DNA of 64,000 nucleotides from contig CM114271.1 in assembly GCA_050084515.1 (NCBI GenBank), forward strand, positions 23,560,001-23,624,000, given 5' to 3'. This document shows positions 49,059 to 62,000 of the stretch, piece after piece. The notes beneath the pieces were generated by a model. It made no database searches, had not been told where the DNA came from, and worked only from the letters and a program-made list of their open reading frames with translations. The stretch comes from Blasia pusilla (lineage: Eukaryota). How positions within the stretch are numbered: the stretch's first letter is position 1; every line of letters begins with the position of its first letter. Made by a program: the position numbers and the translations under genes.

Positions 49059-52000
49059 GATGCGACTGGAGTTCGATGGCATGGAGAGAGTGATGAGGAG
49101 TCGGTGCCAGGATGGCACGCGTCAACCTATTTAGGCATGTTGGCTATGGAAAGCCAGAGTGTGGAGACTTCGATGGCGAGGTCTAGTGGAGAGTCCTTGG
49201 ATTCCGAGGCCATTGAGGACACGACAAGTGGCCGAGATATTCATGATGATGGAGTAGTCTTAGAGTACCTTGGATGCCATGAGTTAGCATGGGATCATGC
49301 GTGTTTGTGTGTGTGTTCGGTGACAGCGATGTATGTTGTGTAGCGATGTGTATGCGCATGACAGGCTGCTCGTACCCTTCGCTTGATGGATATAGCACCT
49401 CGGTCTACTATTACCATTGATACCTTTCGTAGGCTACATTCTCGCTTAACCGTTAATATTCCTGCTTTTTCACGTGACTTCCATCTTAACATAGTTGTAT
49501 GTCTTGACCTATCCCTCTTTGCATGGGCACTCAAATGTTCTTCTAAGATTGGGGCAGGAGGGTTGTCATGTATGAACACGTTCGTGATTTCTTTCCTCCC
49601 AAGGACTTTGCCTGTGGCTTTTTGGAGTTGCTTTAGATGACTTCTCACCTAGCTTAGGGGAGAGTGCCAACCGTAGTGGCTCAAGTATTGGGAGTGCGGC
49701 GACTTTTGGTGTTGTTGAAGGAGGGTGGAGGTATTCGTCCAATCCCCATAAGTGTGGTGCTCTTGCACTTGGTGAGTCGCACTATCGCTTTGCAACTTTG
49801 TGAGGCTTTCCAGTCACACTTGAATCAGCATTAGTTTGGAGTTGCTATGCCCACATGCTGTAAGATAATAGCCTTAAGTTTGAAGGCTTGTCTCGGTGTA
49901 CATCCTGAGTGGGTGGTCCTCTAAGTGGATGTGGAGAACGCCTTCAACTTGATGTCACAAGCAGCAGTCTTCATAGAGTTGAGGGACGCATGTGGCCCCA
50001 TTTGGAGCCTCATTCCGTTCATGCACCCTTTCTATGGGGCTTCTTCATCCCTCTATTTCCACCATGGTCGGTTTGAGGAGGAGGTCACGGTTTTGGAGTC
50101 CGCCACTGGGACTCGTCAGGGTGACCCTTTCGATGAAGCATTGTTTGCTTTGGCTCATTACCGGACGTTTCTTTCTATGGTGGAGGCTTTTCCATGTTGC
50201 ATTTTTTTGTGGTTGGTAGATGATACTCATCTTATGGGCCTTGGAGATCTAGTCGTCCCTGCACTTCAAGACCTTTCTGCACAGTTTGCACGGGTCGATC
50301 TTGGAGTGAAGGTAGGGAACTGCAGGTCTTCATTTACATGACGTGACACATGTTAGAGGGCTTCGCGTCCTAAGAGTCCCACTCCAGAGCGAAGACTTTA
50401 TTTCGAGTTTATTGGTGAAGGCTCTTATCGAGGACTTCCTTCACGTTGATGATCTCACGAGGATTGATGACCCTCCAAGTCACCTACACCATTATCTCTT
50501 CTTGTTTTGCTCGTTGACCTTGCTATCCCCTTGAATTGTTTGGATCTGGATGTGAGTGTTATCGGAGTCTGGATCCACTTGGTGTACATTTAGCACGTTG
50601 TCAAGTCAGGGATGAGAGGATTTCCACTCGCGATGTTGTTCGAGATATCATGTTGAATATTGCTCGCGAGAGTGGCTTCGACGTGCAGAGAGAGAGGCGC
50701 TACTCCATGCGTGATTCCTTTATTCGTGCTCATATTTATATGACACAAGAGACTGGGGTGGTGGCGGCGGACGTTATAATGACAGATCCTATGCCGTCTT
50801 CTATCAAGAAGTGGGTTTCCATTTGCTATTCTGATTTTCTATTATAAACAATGGATTTCATATCTTTGCTGTATAGCCAAGCCTATGGGCTCATGTGATT
50901 CTACGTTATAACCAATAGGCTTATGTACGACTCAGCTATAGGCACACAGATTTTTAGATGTCCTCATGCCGTAACTTATAGGTTAATACTTTATTTTTCT
51001 GCAAACTCCATGTGGAAAAAAGAAACCGATTGTGAACCATAGTTCTGCACACTCGTAAGGAAAAATTGTTTTCTCAAATCCCGGACGGATTTTTCATCAT
51101 GCAGTTTTAGTCCCAAGAGACGGAGTGGATGCCAGACATACTGAGAAATGCGACCCGCGGAATGAAACTAGCCGAAGGGGGATTACCTAAAACTTAGCAT
51201 GTGGGAAGTGTACGATTGTCCATCCTCAATTATTAATCACATTTTCCACGTGATTTATTTTATCGGACAAGGGAAGGTTGTAATTCTTGGTCGTAGATGG
51301 GCGAATAATCTAACTTTTGAGTGCACATGGTCATTTACGTTGTCTGCTGGGGAGACTTGTGGATACTACAGTCCGAAACGGAATTCAAGGAAATTGATCC
51401 CTCCTTCGGTGAGGGACAAGTGATCTAATTCGAGATTGTACACTAGTTCGGGATTGTACCATCCGCTGATACAGTTTTACAGCGAAAGATTTCACTACTT
51501 CAGGTGAAATCTTACGCTGAAGTCCTTCAACAATTTGCCGGGTCCACGGAAAATACACTGCCGTCAACTCTAAAATACGCTTAAACCCACGATCGTATTC
51601 GCAAGAGACCCATTCATATCAAGTCCTTTGATGGTCCACGACAAAAATTTCCTCGTATCAAATCTGGAAGATCTGGACAACTTTCATTTCTACCAAAATT
51701 TCGAGGTCCCAAGAACAGAGTTGAAAGACAGGAGACGATTCTGTTACAAACTCACGGGATGTCATTCAATTGTAAGCCCCATAGAGGGAACATCCATAGA
51801 GATGGGTGATTTGAAGGAGACTCATATTTGTGTGTCGAACTAGTTACAAAATGGATTGCCTTGATTACAAACATTGCCGGGGAGTCTGTCCGAATTCCTT
51901 GAACCGTGAACAAACGAAAGGCTACAAAAATTGATAGCAGCCAAAAGAAGCTCGGATGAAGAATGAGCTATTGAGAATCTTAGAGGGAAACCACCTAAGA

Positions 52001-52202
52001 GGTTCTGCCTAAGAACTGACTACCTAGCTAACTGCCGGGTGCCACAATCTACTCTCTACAACGCTACTGCAAAGAGAATTCTAAATGACCAATGCCTTCC
52101 TTTATTTGTCACAAAATACATTCAGGGAACAGAACAAAATCCGTCTCAAATGGTTTCCTGCATAGGGTTTTTGATGGATGTCTGGGGAGAAATCATGACA
52201 TC

Positions 52203-55200
52203 TCAACAGTAAAACATGACCTTCTTTACATTCTCCTTCAGAGGAGGAAGAGGACGCACTGCACTCCCACCAGGTGCCCTTGTACTACGAGCACCAGAGC
52301 TCCCAGTCGTAGTGGTTCTACCCGGCGGACCAATTCCACTAGTGAGAGAGCCACTATCAGATGCTTCCGGTTCCATATAGAACCTAGCTCTAAATGCAGC
52401 CAAATGTGCATAGTAGGCAGGAGGTACTGATTTAAAAACCAACCAAAAAAAGGTTAGAAAAGTTCCACAAATGACAGTGATACTCTCCATTAATCACTAC
52501 ATAAGAAATACTTTGTTTAGTTACAAGAAATACACTCACCTATACAAACTGAAATAAAAAACACCATATTTCAAATTGGGCATTAAGGCATACTTAGTTC
52601 AGACCCAGGACGTGAACTCACCAATAGACACGGATCGCGTACATCTTGCATATCTGCATTTCAACTGCAGTTCAGTATTTCGAAATAAGCTTGAAATGTG
52701 CAAAAACTCTAGAAAAGATTCCTAGTAGACTGTCATAATTAGTTGGGTGTATGCAACAAAGATGAAATCTGACTTACCATCAAGTCTATATTATAGTTCT
52801 ATGAAATGTAAGTATGCTCAGTCTAGAAGCTTAGGTACTCTACTCACGTATAGCACAAATTGTTGGTTAAAGACTGCAGTTCATCAGCTTTGAAATTATT
52901 TTCATCCCAAAGAACATGGTAGTGGGCAGGCCTGCTGGTTCCCTGCACCAGAGACAGAAGTTAGGACAGCTCAAGATATTCACATCCAAGGTATCATGAG
53001 TGTTAACCATGCAGGAACCTGCAACATCACAGAGTAGTTTCATAAAGTCCCACTTATGAGATAAAACTTACCTGGATTCCCGCATGACTGCACAGGTAGA
53101 AGTCAAACTCAGTTGGGTGACAAATTTTGGAGTCCACCACAGTTCCTGCATCACAGATGATAATGAGAAAACAGTGAAAGGCCACAACCACCTATTAGGT
53201 CCCAATGGATCGATGCAAAGATCTGGGAGCTTGAAACTACCTGGTAAGATATTTCCACTCTTGTCAGTCATATTCCGATCATTGTGGCTATTTGCAAAGA
53301 GCCGAGTGTGATGTCGCTTTTGGACAACTACAAATGTCACAGGGGGCTGATAGTTGGCCTCCAAAGATGCACAAGCCTGCATAATAATCGGGGCAACAAG
53401 TTTAAGACCATTGTTTAAACATTTTTGGGAGGAAACATACTCTCAGAATTTTGACAAAAGAAATTCCGAACCTTCCTGATGGCATCGAGCTCATGAAGGA
53501 GCACTTGATAAAATTGTCCCTCGCTGACTCCATCTCTGTGATAGGACAACTATGGAATCAAAAATTTGACTAGGAGTAAGCCTTCCAAGGAGCAGAAACT
53601 ATTCCAATTGAACTGAATGATGCAAGTCCGGCATGCATTCCAAATGCATTAAATATTCAGGGCAAAGAATAAAGTGAGCCAGCACTAGTGGTATGGTCTC
53701 AAACCTAAAAACCATACCTATAAAATATAATGCGTTGTGGTTTTTGGCCAGTTGCTCTTCGGAAAGACATAAGATGTTCCCTGGAATGCAACAACACTAT
53801 CACGACCCAGACTACAAGTAGATGGTTACAAACCTATAGAATATAATGCGGAGCGGCTTTTTGCCAGTTGCTCTCCGAAAGGACATAAGGAGTTCCCTGG
53901 ATTCGTACACAAGAAGCTTGGTCAAAGCTTAACAGATCTAAGTTACAATAAAGCTAGAGTTGGAATCCTAGGTGACGATGACCACAGACTAAACATGGAG
54001 AGGAGCAAGACTGCCAAAAATGTCAACATCCCCCAACCAGAATTAAGAAGAAAAGCCTCTATCATTCTATTGTACCTTTCAAACCCAAGAACGTAGGTAG
54101 GGGAGAAACACAAATAGACACTCACATAATTCCTGCAATCTGGAAAAGATCAGATAGATAGATGGGTAATCAAAAGGCTTAGCTCATTTCACAGAGGAAC
54201 GGTTCAAATCTTTCTTCACCATGGAATACAGAGAATGGGGCACAAGAAGATCGAATTTAGAAGAGTGCAAGCAGTTCTTCAATTTTCGACAAATGGGGAA
54301 AGTATTCTCAGCAGAAATAAAACATGAAGAATGTTTAGATTTAAACTTGATCATGCCACCAGACATGGGGCCGCGCTGTGGATCCACCCAGGATTTGTAC
54401 AAATCTTGTATTAGTTCCTGCCGATGTGCCTGAGCACAAACCAGCCCTGCATACTTTGTCACTTCTGGCCAATCTTGAGAAGCGACCACCTGGAGAGGAA
54501 AAGAATGTTAATTAAATCACTTCAGAACCAGCTGACAATAAAAGTTAGCATCAAAATGCAAGCAATGTTAACTGACCAATAGTTCGAGATAAGGAGCAAA
54601 TTACCGCAGCAATGGATGGGCTAGTATCTTCCCCGGGATGAGGATGTGTGACATCTGCACCAAATATGATGGTGGGGACGTCACTAACCAAGGGTATCTT
54701 TCTGGTAAGAGCATCAACCAGCACAGTATTTCTTCCTCCAACCTTCACAAGCGGGAGCACAAATACAGGTTAGGTGGGAACTACACTCGAGGTACCAAGT
54801 CAGCTAACAGAAAGTTTTGCTACAACACTTCTTAAGGAAAAGAAGTAAACCCTGTACTTTTGTATTCATGAGGAAAACTAGTACACTAAATTTTCTAGTC
54901 AGAATAGACACTCACTTTGACATTGATCTTTAGGGCAACATTGGCCAGGTATTGCTTGCTCATTTTGTACACATGCTTCGTCAAGCAACATTGTGATACA
55001 ACTCCCAAGTCGGTTTCGCATATTCGCTTTAAATCACCTAGTGCATTACAACCACAAACATATCATAAGCCGTGCTGTGCTGATGGTAATATCATTTCGA
55101 AGGAGAAAAGTAAAAGAACTGAAGGACAAGCACATTTAGTTGAAACTCTAACCATAAAGTGCTCCATTGTTATCTGGTAGTATGACAACGAGCAGCTCCA

Positions 55201-58200
55201 AATCCTTTCCTTTGGTGCGATTTTGCGCCTCACGGAATACTTGCTTCAAAGCACGATCCACTTGGTCTGAACGGGCACAATAAATTGGCATGACCGGTTC
55301 CTGGTTGAAGTGCTGTATATTCACAAGACCGTATCGCAAGTACAAGTCATGTAAGACGAAGATAGCTTAGATATTGCGACCATGGAAATTCACACACGAT
55401 AGCCCAGCACGGCTCAGATTTCTGGGCAAAAGGACGGCCAATCATTGAGTCCTGCAGTCAAACATACCATGCCAGAGGTTGAGCACATCTGGGCTAGCTC
55501 CATGCAGAATGCTTTGGCCACAGGCTCAAGCACGTTCCGTGAAAAGTTGATGCAAGCCCAATAGTTTACAATCCCGCCGTTCACCATTTTCTGCAAAAAT
55601 TGTCCATCCACTTAAGTTACAACAGTGCCTTCTTTCACTGATTCGTGCAGCAAGGTGAGCAAGCAAGATGTAAAAACCTAACAAAACTCTGGCATTTTCT
55701 AGATTTCTATTGGAGAGTTCATGTGGAAGGGCATGACCATATTCCTTGCATACCTTATTCATCATATTCCACTGGCCAACTTGAGGGAGGCAGTCTTTCT
55801 CACGACCAGTATCGTGGTATTTCAACTGAAAGGTACAGCGAAATTTTCACGAGTTACTATTTTACAACAGCCAGTGTCAAGGCACATGGTCCAATGAGAC
55901 ACAAAACTGACGTTTCACACGTAGGCGTCGGCATGTATGTACAGGAGTTGGTAGGGGACTTGACAAACCCTTGGGGCAGGCAGTATCCGCGCTTCGACTT
56001 GGGCAAGCTTGTTACTGATACGAATTCCGAACTCTTGAGCATAGGGATCTTGGGCGTATGCATTGTGGTACACAGTCTGCCAGAAGGAAATCAATTAAAA
56101 GAAAACCAAGTGAGTAGAACAAAATTACCTACATTCAAAGCTGGTGCCTCCAGTGGATCAGGTTTCAAATTGCGTGGGAACATGATAAATCAAAATCAGG
56201 TAAATTACTTTGGTAATCCATAGGTGGAAGCTTCTGTGCTACATGGAGCTACCAAGGCACAAAAGAATTCCAGACCTGCAAGATGTCAGCTTCGCGATCT
56301 CTGGGACGCTGGCAAGTGACCTTCAAAAGAGCTGTGATTTGGCGCTCATTCAATCGCTTTGAGAAACGTTGGCCCTCCACAATTTTGCAAACCTATAAAC
56401 CGACTCTCATTAAATTAGACAAAGGCTCCGATACCATCACCAAGTACAGGTTCGCAGAGATGTAGTGAGGAATAGGTAGGGGTATCTACCTCCATCGGCA
56501 AGTAGTTAGGACGATCCCGGTTCCCTACTTGCAAGCAAGGTAAGGCGGGGTTACGGATAGTATATTGATACGTTTCCCGGAAGTAATCAGTCACTGATTT
56601 CAGCGTTCCTCTTTCATCAACAGGGAATCTGCGAAGGGATTAAATCAGTAAGCTCATGAACTGAACGATCTCGTAGATTTGAGAAAGCATAGATCGATAA
56701 CGGAATTACTTTAGGCTACTAACGTCCTTCGACTTTGCTGAGTAGAGGAACATACGAGAGATCACTCGTGGGCTGAGGTGTAAGTCCTGTTATCCGATAC
56801 TTCCTGCGCATCGTGCCACGGTGTGTAACTTCTACTTTGACACCACGTAAGGCCTTCTTGATCTGCAGCAACAAGGCTCTTAGAACAGTCAAAATAAACC
56901 AACGGAAACAAACAAGAGGTCCGGATGCTGAAGATTCTCACCTTCACACGATCTTGGTCAGATAGCTGCCTGATAACGTCCTTGCCCAGAAGTTGAGCAA
57001 CAAACTCCGTAACTGGCAGTGGCTCTATAAATGCCGTTGAAGACATGTCTGAAAAATTGCACACAATTCAATAAGGAGAATCAAGGTAGACTCAGGGAAG
57101 GTAGCAATATTAAAACGATTCCCTGTAAGGGTCTTTGCACCCACCGATGTTGAGGGATAGACCCATTTGAGTTGGCCTAATACTCTGGTAAAACCCTCTC
57201 CAACTTTCCAAACCGTCCCCGAGAGACTGCTTATTTCCCAAGTCAGGGGAGTAAAAAGAGCGTCCCACGGGACAATATCTGCAATCAGTGCACATTGAAA
57301 GCTTAGTGGTGATAGACAATGCAGGAAAATTATAATACTCCATGGCCATACTTCTGCAAATATTTCAGAGCACACAAGAGCCTTAGGTGGCAGGCTCCGT
57401 TCCAGGGTAAAACGACGTTTCCCTAGGCTCCATTAAATGCTCCCTAAGCCCACAATTCACACCATAGAACCAAACGTCCCCATCGGATTCAACGGGATCG
57501 TTTACGATGACACCAACCTGGGCGACAAATCCAATGCTCATCAGGAGGGTCGAGATAACGAGTGAACTGCAGTGAAGTTGGACAAAAAGAACGTACCTGT
57601 GGGTCGGCAGCTCGCGTAAAACAATATCTAGAACCTGCAGAGCTTCCTGGGGTGCATCCGCTTGGTGTCCTTTCAAGAACTCCCCAAGATGATGTAAATC
57701 CGCACGGGCGGCAAACTTGATCACTACCTTGAACGATCTCTCCCTCCTGCTTGCAAAATTGAGGGAATAATGTGGACGTTATGAGCCATCTAGACAACAT
57801 TTCCTCCAAAATTCGAGATACTATCATCTGGTTTGGACAATAGTTCTATTGAACAGAATCACCGAAGCGAAAAAGTGAACCACGGATTTGTCAAGCGTTG
57901 TATGTCCGAGCCGAACCTGAGGCTATGTCAAAGTAGAAATCTAACCTGGGTGTGTTGCTGCCGTCATCCTCATCCAGCAGATTGATCTGGAACTCTTTGC
58001 TTTGAAAAGGAAGTGGGCCTGCAGTATATAGACTCTTACGGCCATCGTAGGCCGGAAGTCTGCGACCTAAATCCTTTTCTCGGTAAAGCTTGACTAGCTG
58101 CTCCATCACCGCTCTGTTAACACCCCGGGATGTAACTTCAGGTGTGATTGCCACCTGTAAGACGATGAAGTGAGAATCGTGACAAACTCAAAGATTTCCG

Positions 58201-59086
58201 CAAGGATAACCTGTGCAGATGGGAAGATTTGACTGTCAAAGTCACGCCTTAGTGATAAATACGTAAAACGTAACACAGGGGAGATCCATCAATCCAGCAA
58301 AACCGTTTAGAGACGCGTTATTCTTACATCATATTGATGCAGGTCCTTGTCTGGCAGCTCAGCGAAGAAGTGATTAGCCTTTACTATGCACTTCTGTCCA
58401 GTCTGTCCCTTGCCCGGACGCAGAGGAAATCTTAAGGCCCTGCTCGAAACTGGAGGCCCTTGCCTGATTGGGGAAGACGGCCCTGGTTCCTCAACATATG
58501 CGGGATCAGCAACACTTAATTTACCGAAGGATTTGGAAACTTCTCCCGCAACGGCAGGAACAGGGTGTGTGGAGGGAGCTGTCGCTGTAAATTGGGGTCC
58601 TGAAAGTGCTGGCCCCGCTACTTCCCCACGCCCAAGCTGTGGGTATTGCTCCGCGGGTGTTAGGGGTGGGTACGCGGGAGGAGCCTGTACAGGCCCGGGG
58701 AATTGCACACCGGGAGGCCCCGAATACGAGCTTTGTGAGCCCCGTCCTGACGGGGCTCCGGGGGCAGAACCTGAATGTGGAGCTGAAGGCGCACCCTGAA
58801 ATGAAGGCCCTCTCCCTTCACGGCCTCGTCCCCGACCTCCGCTCTCTCTACCTCGTCCACGGCCCCTACCTTGGCCAACTCCTTGACCGCTTGCCGTCAC
58901 TTGAGGCGCCGATGTAGAACCTCTACTCTGGCCTCCACCTTCATCCCGCACCTGTGGAGCAGGCTCCTTGAGAGGTGCGGAGGTAACTGGTGGTGGTGCG
59001 ACGGTAGGTTGCTGAGAAGATGACGCCTGTGAAGCCGCCTGTGAAGCCTCTTCGAGTTCCTTGGGCGTTTTACGCCTTCTCGGCAT
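52203..59086 (-). CDS. AGO1: Argonaute 1-clade slicer, 22 coding exons
   Basis: GT-AG exons 59086-58328, 58154-57946, 57746-57597, 57278-57145, 57048-56942, 56862-56756, 56628-56490, 56392-56276, 56076-55969, 55825-55754, 55590-55468, 55312-55153, 55037-54916, 54742-54605, 54489-54347, [53896-53834 or 53780-53718], 53535-53472, 53376-53241, 53145-53072, 52942-52848, 52653-52622, 52426-52203. Gly/RG-rich N-terminus, PAZ, MID, PIWI with GADV/QELI/YRDG/YYAH tetrad; ends VMFYC. Confidence 0.97.
53718..53896 (-). other. Tandemly duplicated 63-nt AGO1 exon pair (16a 53896-53834, 16b 53780-53718)
   Basis: Both have CCAG acceptor and GT donor in the same phase; they encode [21 protein letters not shown] and [21 protein letters not shown]. 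Confidence 0.93.
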
Positions 59087-62000
59087 CGTGAACCTTCTCC
59101 CTTAGGCCTGCACGTGTAACAGACAAGCACAGAGCGACGATAATGAGACTAAAATCACCTAGTTCGCGATGAGCGTAACAAGGGGACTAATGAGTATAGA
59201 TGATCAGACGGCAAGTAGGTTCGGAGGACGGCACTTCCTGTCGACAGATGACACTCGTAGCCAAACGCACGGTGGAGATAACTTAACAGTGGGCGCATCT
59301 GTCAATCCACAAATTATTCGAGTGGAATCCAAGTAAGAGACCTTAACGCCAGCAGGATGAGGAAGCCTACGGTGGCGATTCCTCAGCGTGAGAACCACCC
59401 ACAACCCGTTTGATGAGAAGCTTACGACCACGAATCCAATAAAAACCGGTGCGTGGTGGTTAGATCACTCGAAAGCATACAAGACCATCCTAACGCACGA
59501 TAGGGTAAGGAAAACCAAAAATTGCTGAAGTGTAGTCGCAGCATGACAGAAAGAAGAGGGACAGTTAAGAGTCGGAATGGGGTAACGAATGACCAAGAAT
59601 CATCTCTGCGGCGGAGGGGGCGGAGATAATATCGCGCTGACGACCTCACATGCCCCAGACCACTGTTCTTAAGGGATGGTATCGACAGGGAGTACTTCGA
59701 GGAGCCAATCGTCGGAGCGATTGCCTTTCCCGTTCAAGCCTATGTTCGTTTGAGCAAACTAAACTGTTGGTAAAATGAGCCCCAATCAAAACACTTCATG
59801 TGCTCCGAGACCTCAAGAAGCCGTCTTAAAATTTGTCTAGTCTAATTCTACATAAACCACTGTCAACACAGCAGTCTAATAAGGACAGGACATCGTGAGG
59901 TGAGGAACCTGAACTCCCACTATCCACCACTTCAGTCGCTCCAGAGCCATTACGTCGAGAAGGATACCGAGCGGCTAACTGAGTGAGACCTAAGAGTTAC
60001 CTGAAAGCGAGACCCAAAGAAACCCTACCAGATACCTACAGGAGCCCAGGCCACGAATTCCAATTCCGACGCTGCAACTTCAACAGACAAGATCTACGCC
60101 ACAGATCGACAATAAGTATCGAAGGTTCACTCAAAGATACGACACTCAGTGCATTACTCAACAGGTTGCGAGAATACAAAACGAAAAACCATTCGTGCAG
60201 AGGGACAGCACCCCAGACCTGCAGTGGCGACGAAAAACAGCGAAGTGGGCGGGATTGACTTGACTACAGGAGTTAACAGAAGCAGGAGGTAGCGGAGGCA
60301 GACGTGAGACATTCCCACTGAATTATGGCTTGGCAGGGGATTTTTCCGCATAATCTGAAAGGCGCGAAAAAAGAAGACTACTGGGCCGGTGATGAACTTT
60401 AGACATCCTTGATCAGTAGCGTCTCTGATGAGAGGTGGATGACAGCCGTCTGTAGAGAAGGACGCAGTGGGAAATCGGCGGCCTAGCTTCCAATGAGGAA
60501 GACGAAGAAGTCAAGGACATCGGGTGAGGACTAGATTTGACGAAAACCATCATCGCAATGATTGAGGGGGGGCGAAGAGGAGGCCGCACGCGACTATGCA
60601 ATGTCAATGAGTTAAGTGAATCCGGTAGAATCTCCTCTCCGTAAATGGATGATTCCTGGGACAATTACTAGAAAAGATAAGAGTCAAATCTGAACCCTCG
60701 CTCATGACATCCCAATTCATTTCCAGAGTCGGCGATAAGATGATGTGCGGTAGCACTCGAAAAGAAAAGACTGGTTTGACTGAGAAATGGGCACTGCACT
60801 TCTTACGAGAAGAAGCCGATCAACCGTCCCAAAACTAGCGGAGAGGACACGCAAGGAAAATGAAGATTGGAAGGCGGCGTATACGACAAGAACATACGAA
60901 ATGCGATGATTACACGAAGAACTCGAGCTGAAGAGACTGGCATGGAGACCTGCCAATGCCTAAAAATGTCGCGCAACCCTGTTCGCGTTCACCACTACAC
61001 AAGAGGGAGTATCGCCTAGCCTTACCGCTACTTCACCCCTTCCTGCCTTGCCTGGCTAATCCCTCTCACGCTGAGGCCGTTTCCTCGGCTTTCCGCACCC
61101 CTCGAGTCGCCCCAACCCTGTTGAACGAACCAAGACTACAACCAGAAATGTTCGCCCTTCTTCTCGCTGCGCTTGATCTCTTTCCACCTTCGCTTCGTCC
61201 TTGAACCTCTCCGCTCTACTACACAAGCTGAGTTTCATCCAGCATCACCCGGATCATCAGCGCCGCGTGTCTCGACGAAGAAAATGGACGAATCTCGGAC
61301 CTCTCCCCTCCTCTACTCTGTGACAGTCCAGCTCCAGAGAGCGAGGCAGCCCGTCCAAACTCGACTCTACGGTAGACCAAGCAGGAAGGTCAAGCAAGCA
61401 AACACCTCCCCATCCCTACGACGAGCGCCTTGGGTCGCCTGTCATAACACTCTGCATTCCTCTACTCTCTGCCGTCGCGCTCCCTACAGTACAGAGCCCG
61501 GACCGCTCTCGTCGTTTCCCTGCTTGGAACACACTCTCCTCACCACGAAGCGCGCGAAGATTAGTTTAAGATAGTTATTTATCCGACGGCAACCGGTTCA
61601 TATCCTTAACTCTACTTACGGCACATTTGACGCGATCATTTAGAACTCATTTCGGCTGTGCCTTTAACGCCGCCTCCTCAGCCCCCACCCCTTGAATGCG
61701 AGTCCTGCGCTACATTCACGACTCATCCTCTCGCACAATCTCATTCCAGCAGACCACTCGGCGCTGTGGAGCCTTCCCGACGCTAGATTTGACCCCTCCC
61801 CTGTCAGTTTTACCGGCCTCCTTTTTCGGCACCGGCGGAATCGCGCCACTTTAGAGCGGTCTGACTCAGCCAGGCTCCTCCTCCCACCAAGTATTGTGTG
61901 AATGTGAGCACAGTTAGGGTTAGGGCATCAGCGCAGTCGGTATGCGGTGAAGCCCCTGGAAGCGTGAATAGTGACGCTCTCCCCCACGTGCACGTATGAC

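Larger units (their letters stand above)
41909..49363 (+). mobile_element. DNMT-Gypsy copy 2, internally deleted (no integrase), flanked by perfect 4-bp TSD GGCT
   Basis: GGCT|TGTCACGTC at 41905-41917 and GCGCATGACA|GGCT at 49354-49367; contains gag, PR, DNMT, RT, RH. Confidence 0.92.
41139..50845 (+). mobile_element. CRE-like non-LTR retrotransposon with restriction-like endonuclease, split by Gypsy copy 2 (LINE parts 41139-41908 and 49364-50845)
   Basis: N-terminal C2H2 CPCCPEFF...WNHYVAKH; RT GGIRPI, DVENAFN, GTRQGDP..LFAL, LVDD, G.RVL.VP; C-terminal C.C...DPLG.HL..C and V.ADV..TDP. Boundaries are approximate. Confidence 0.75.

Noticed and set aside
46330-59086. Functional clustering of a DNMT with AGO1 as a silencing locus
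   Set aside because: The DNMT is a dead TE domain in a nested TE pile; the proximity is explained by chance insertion.
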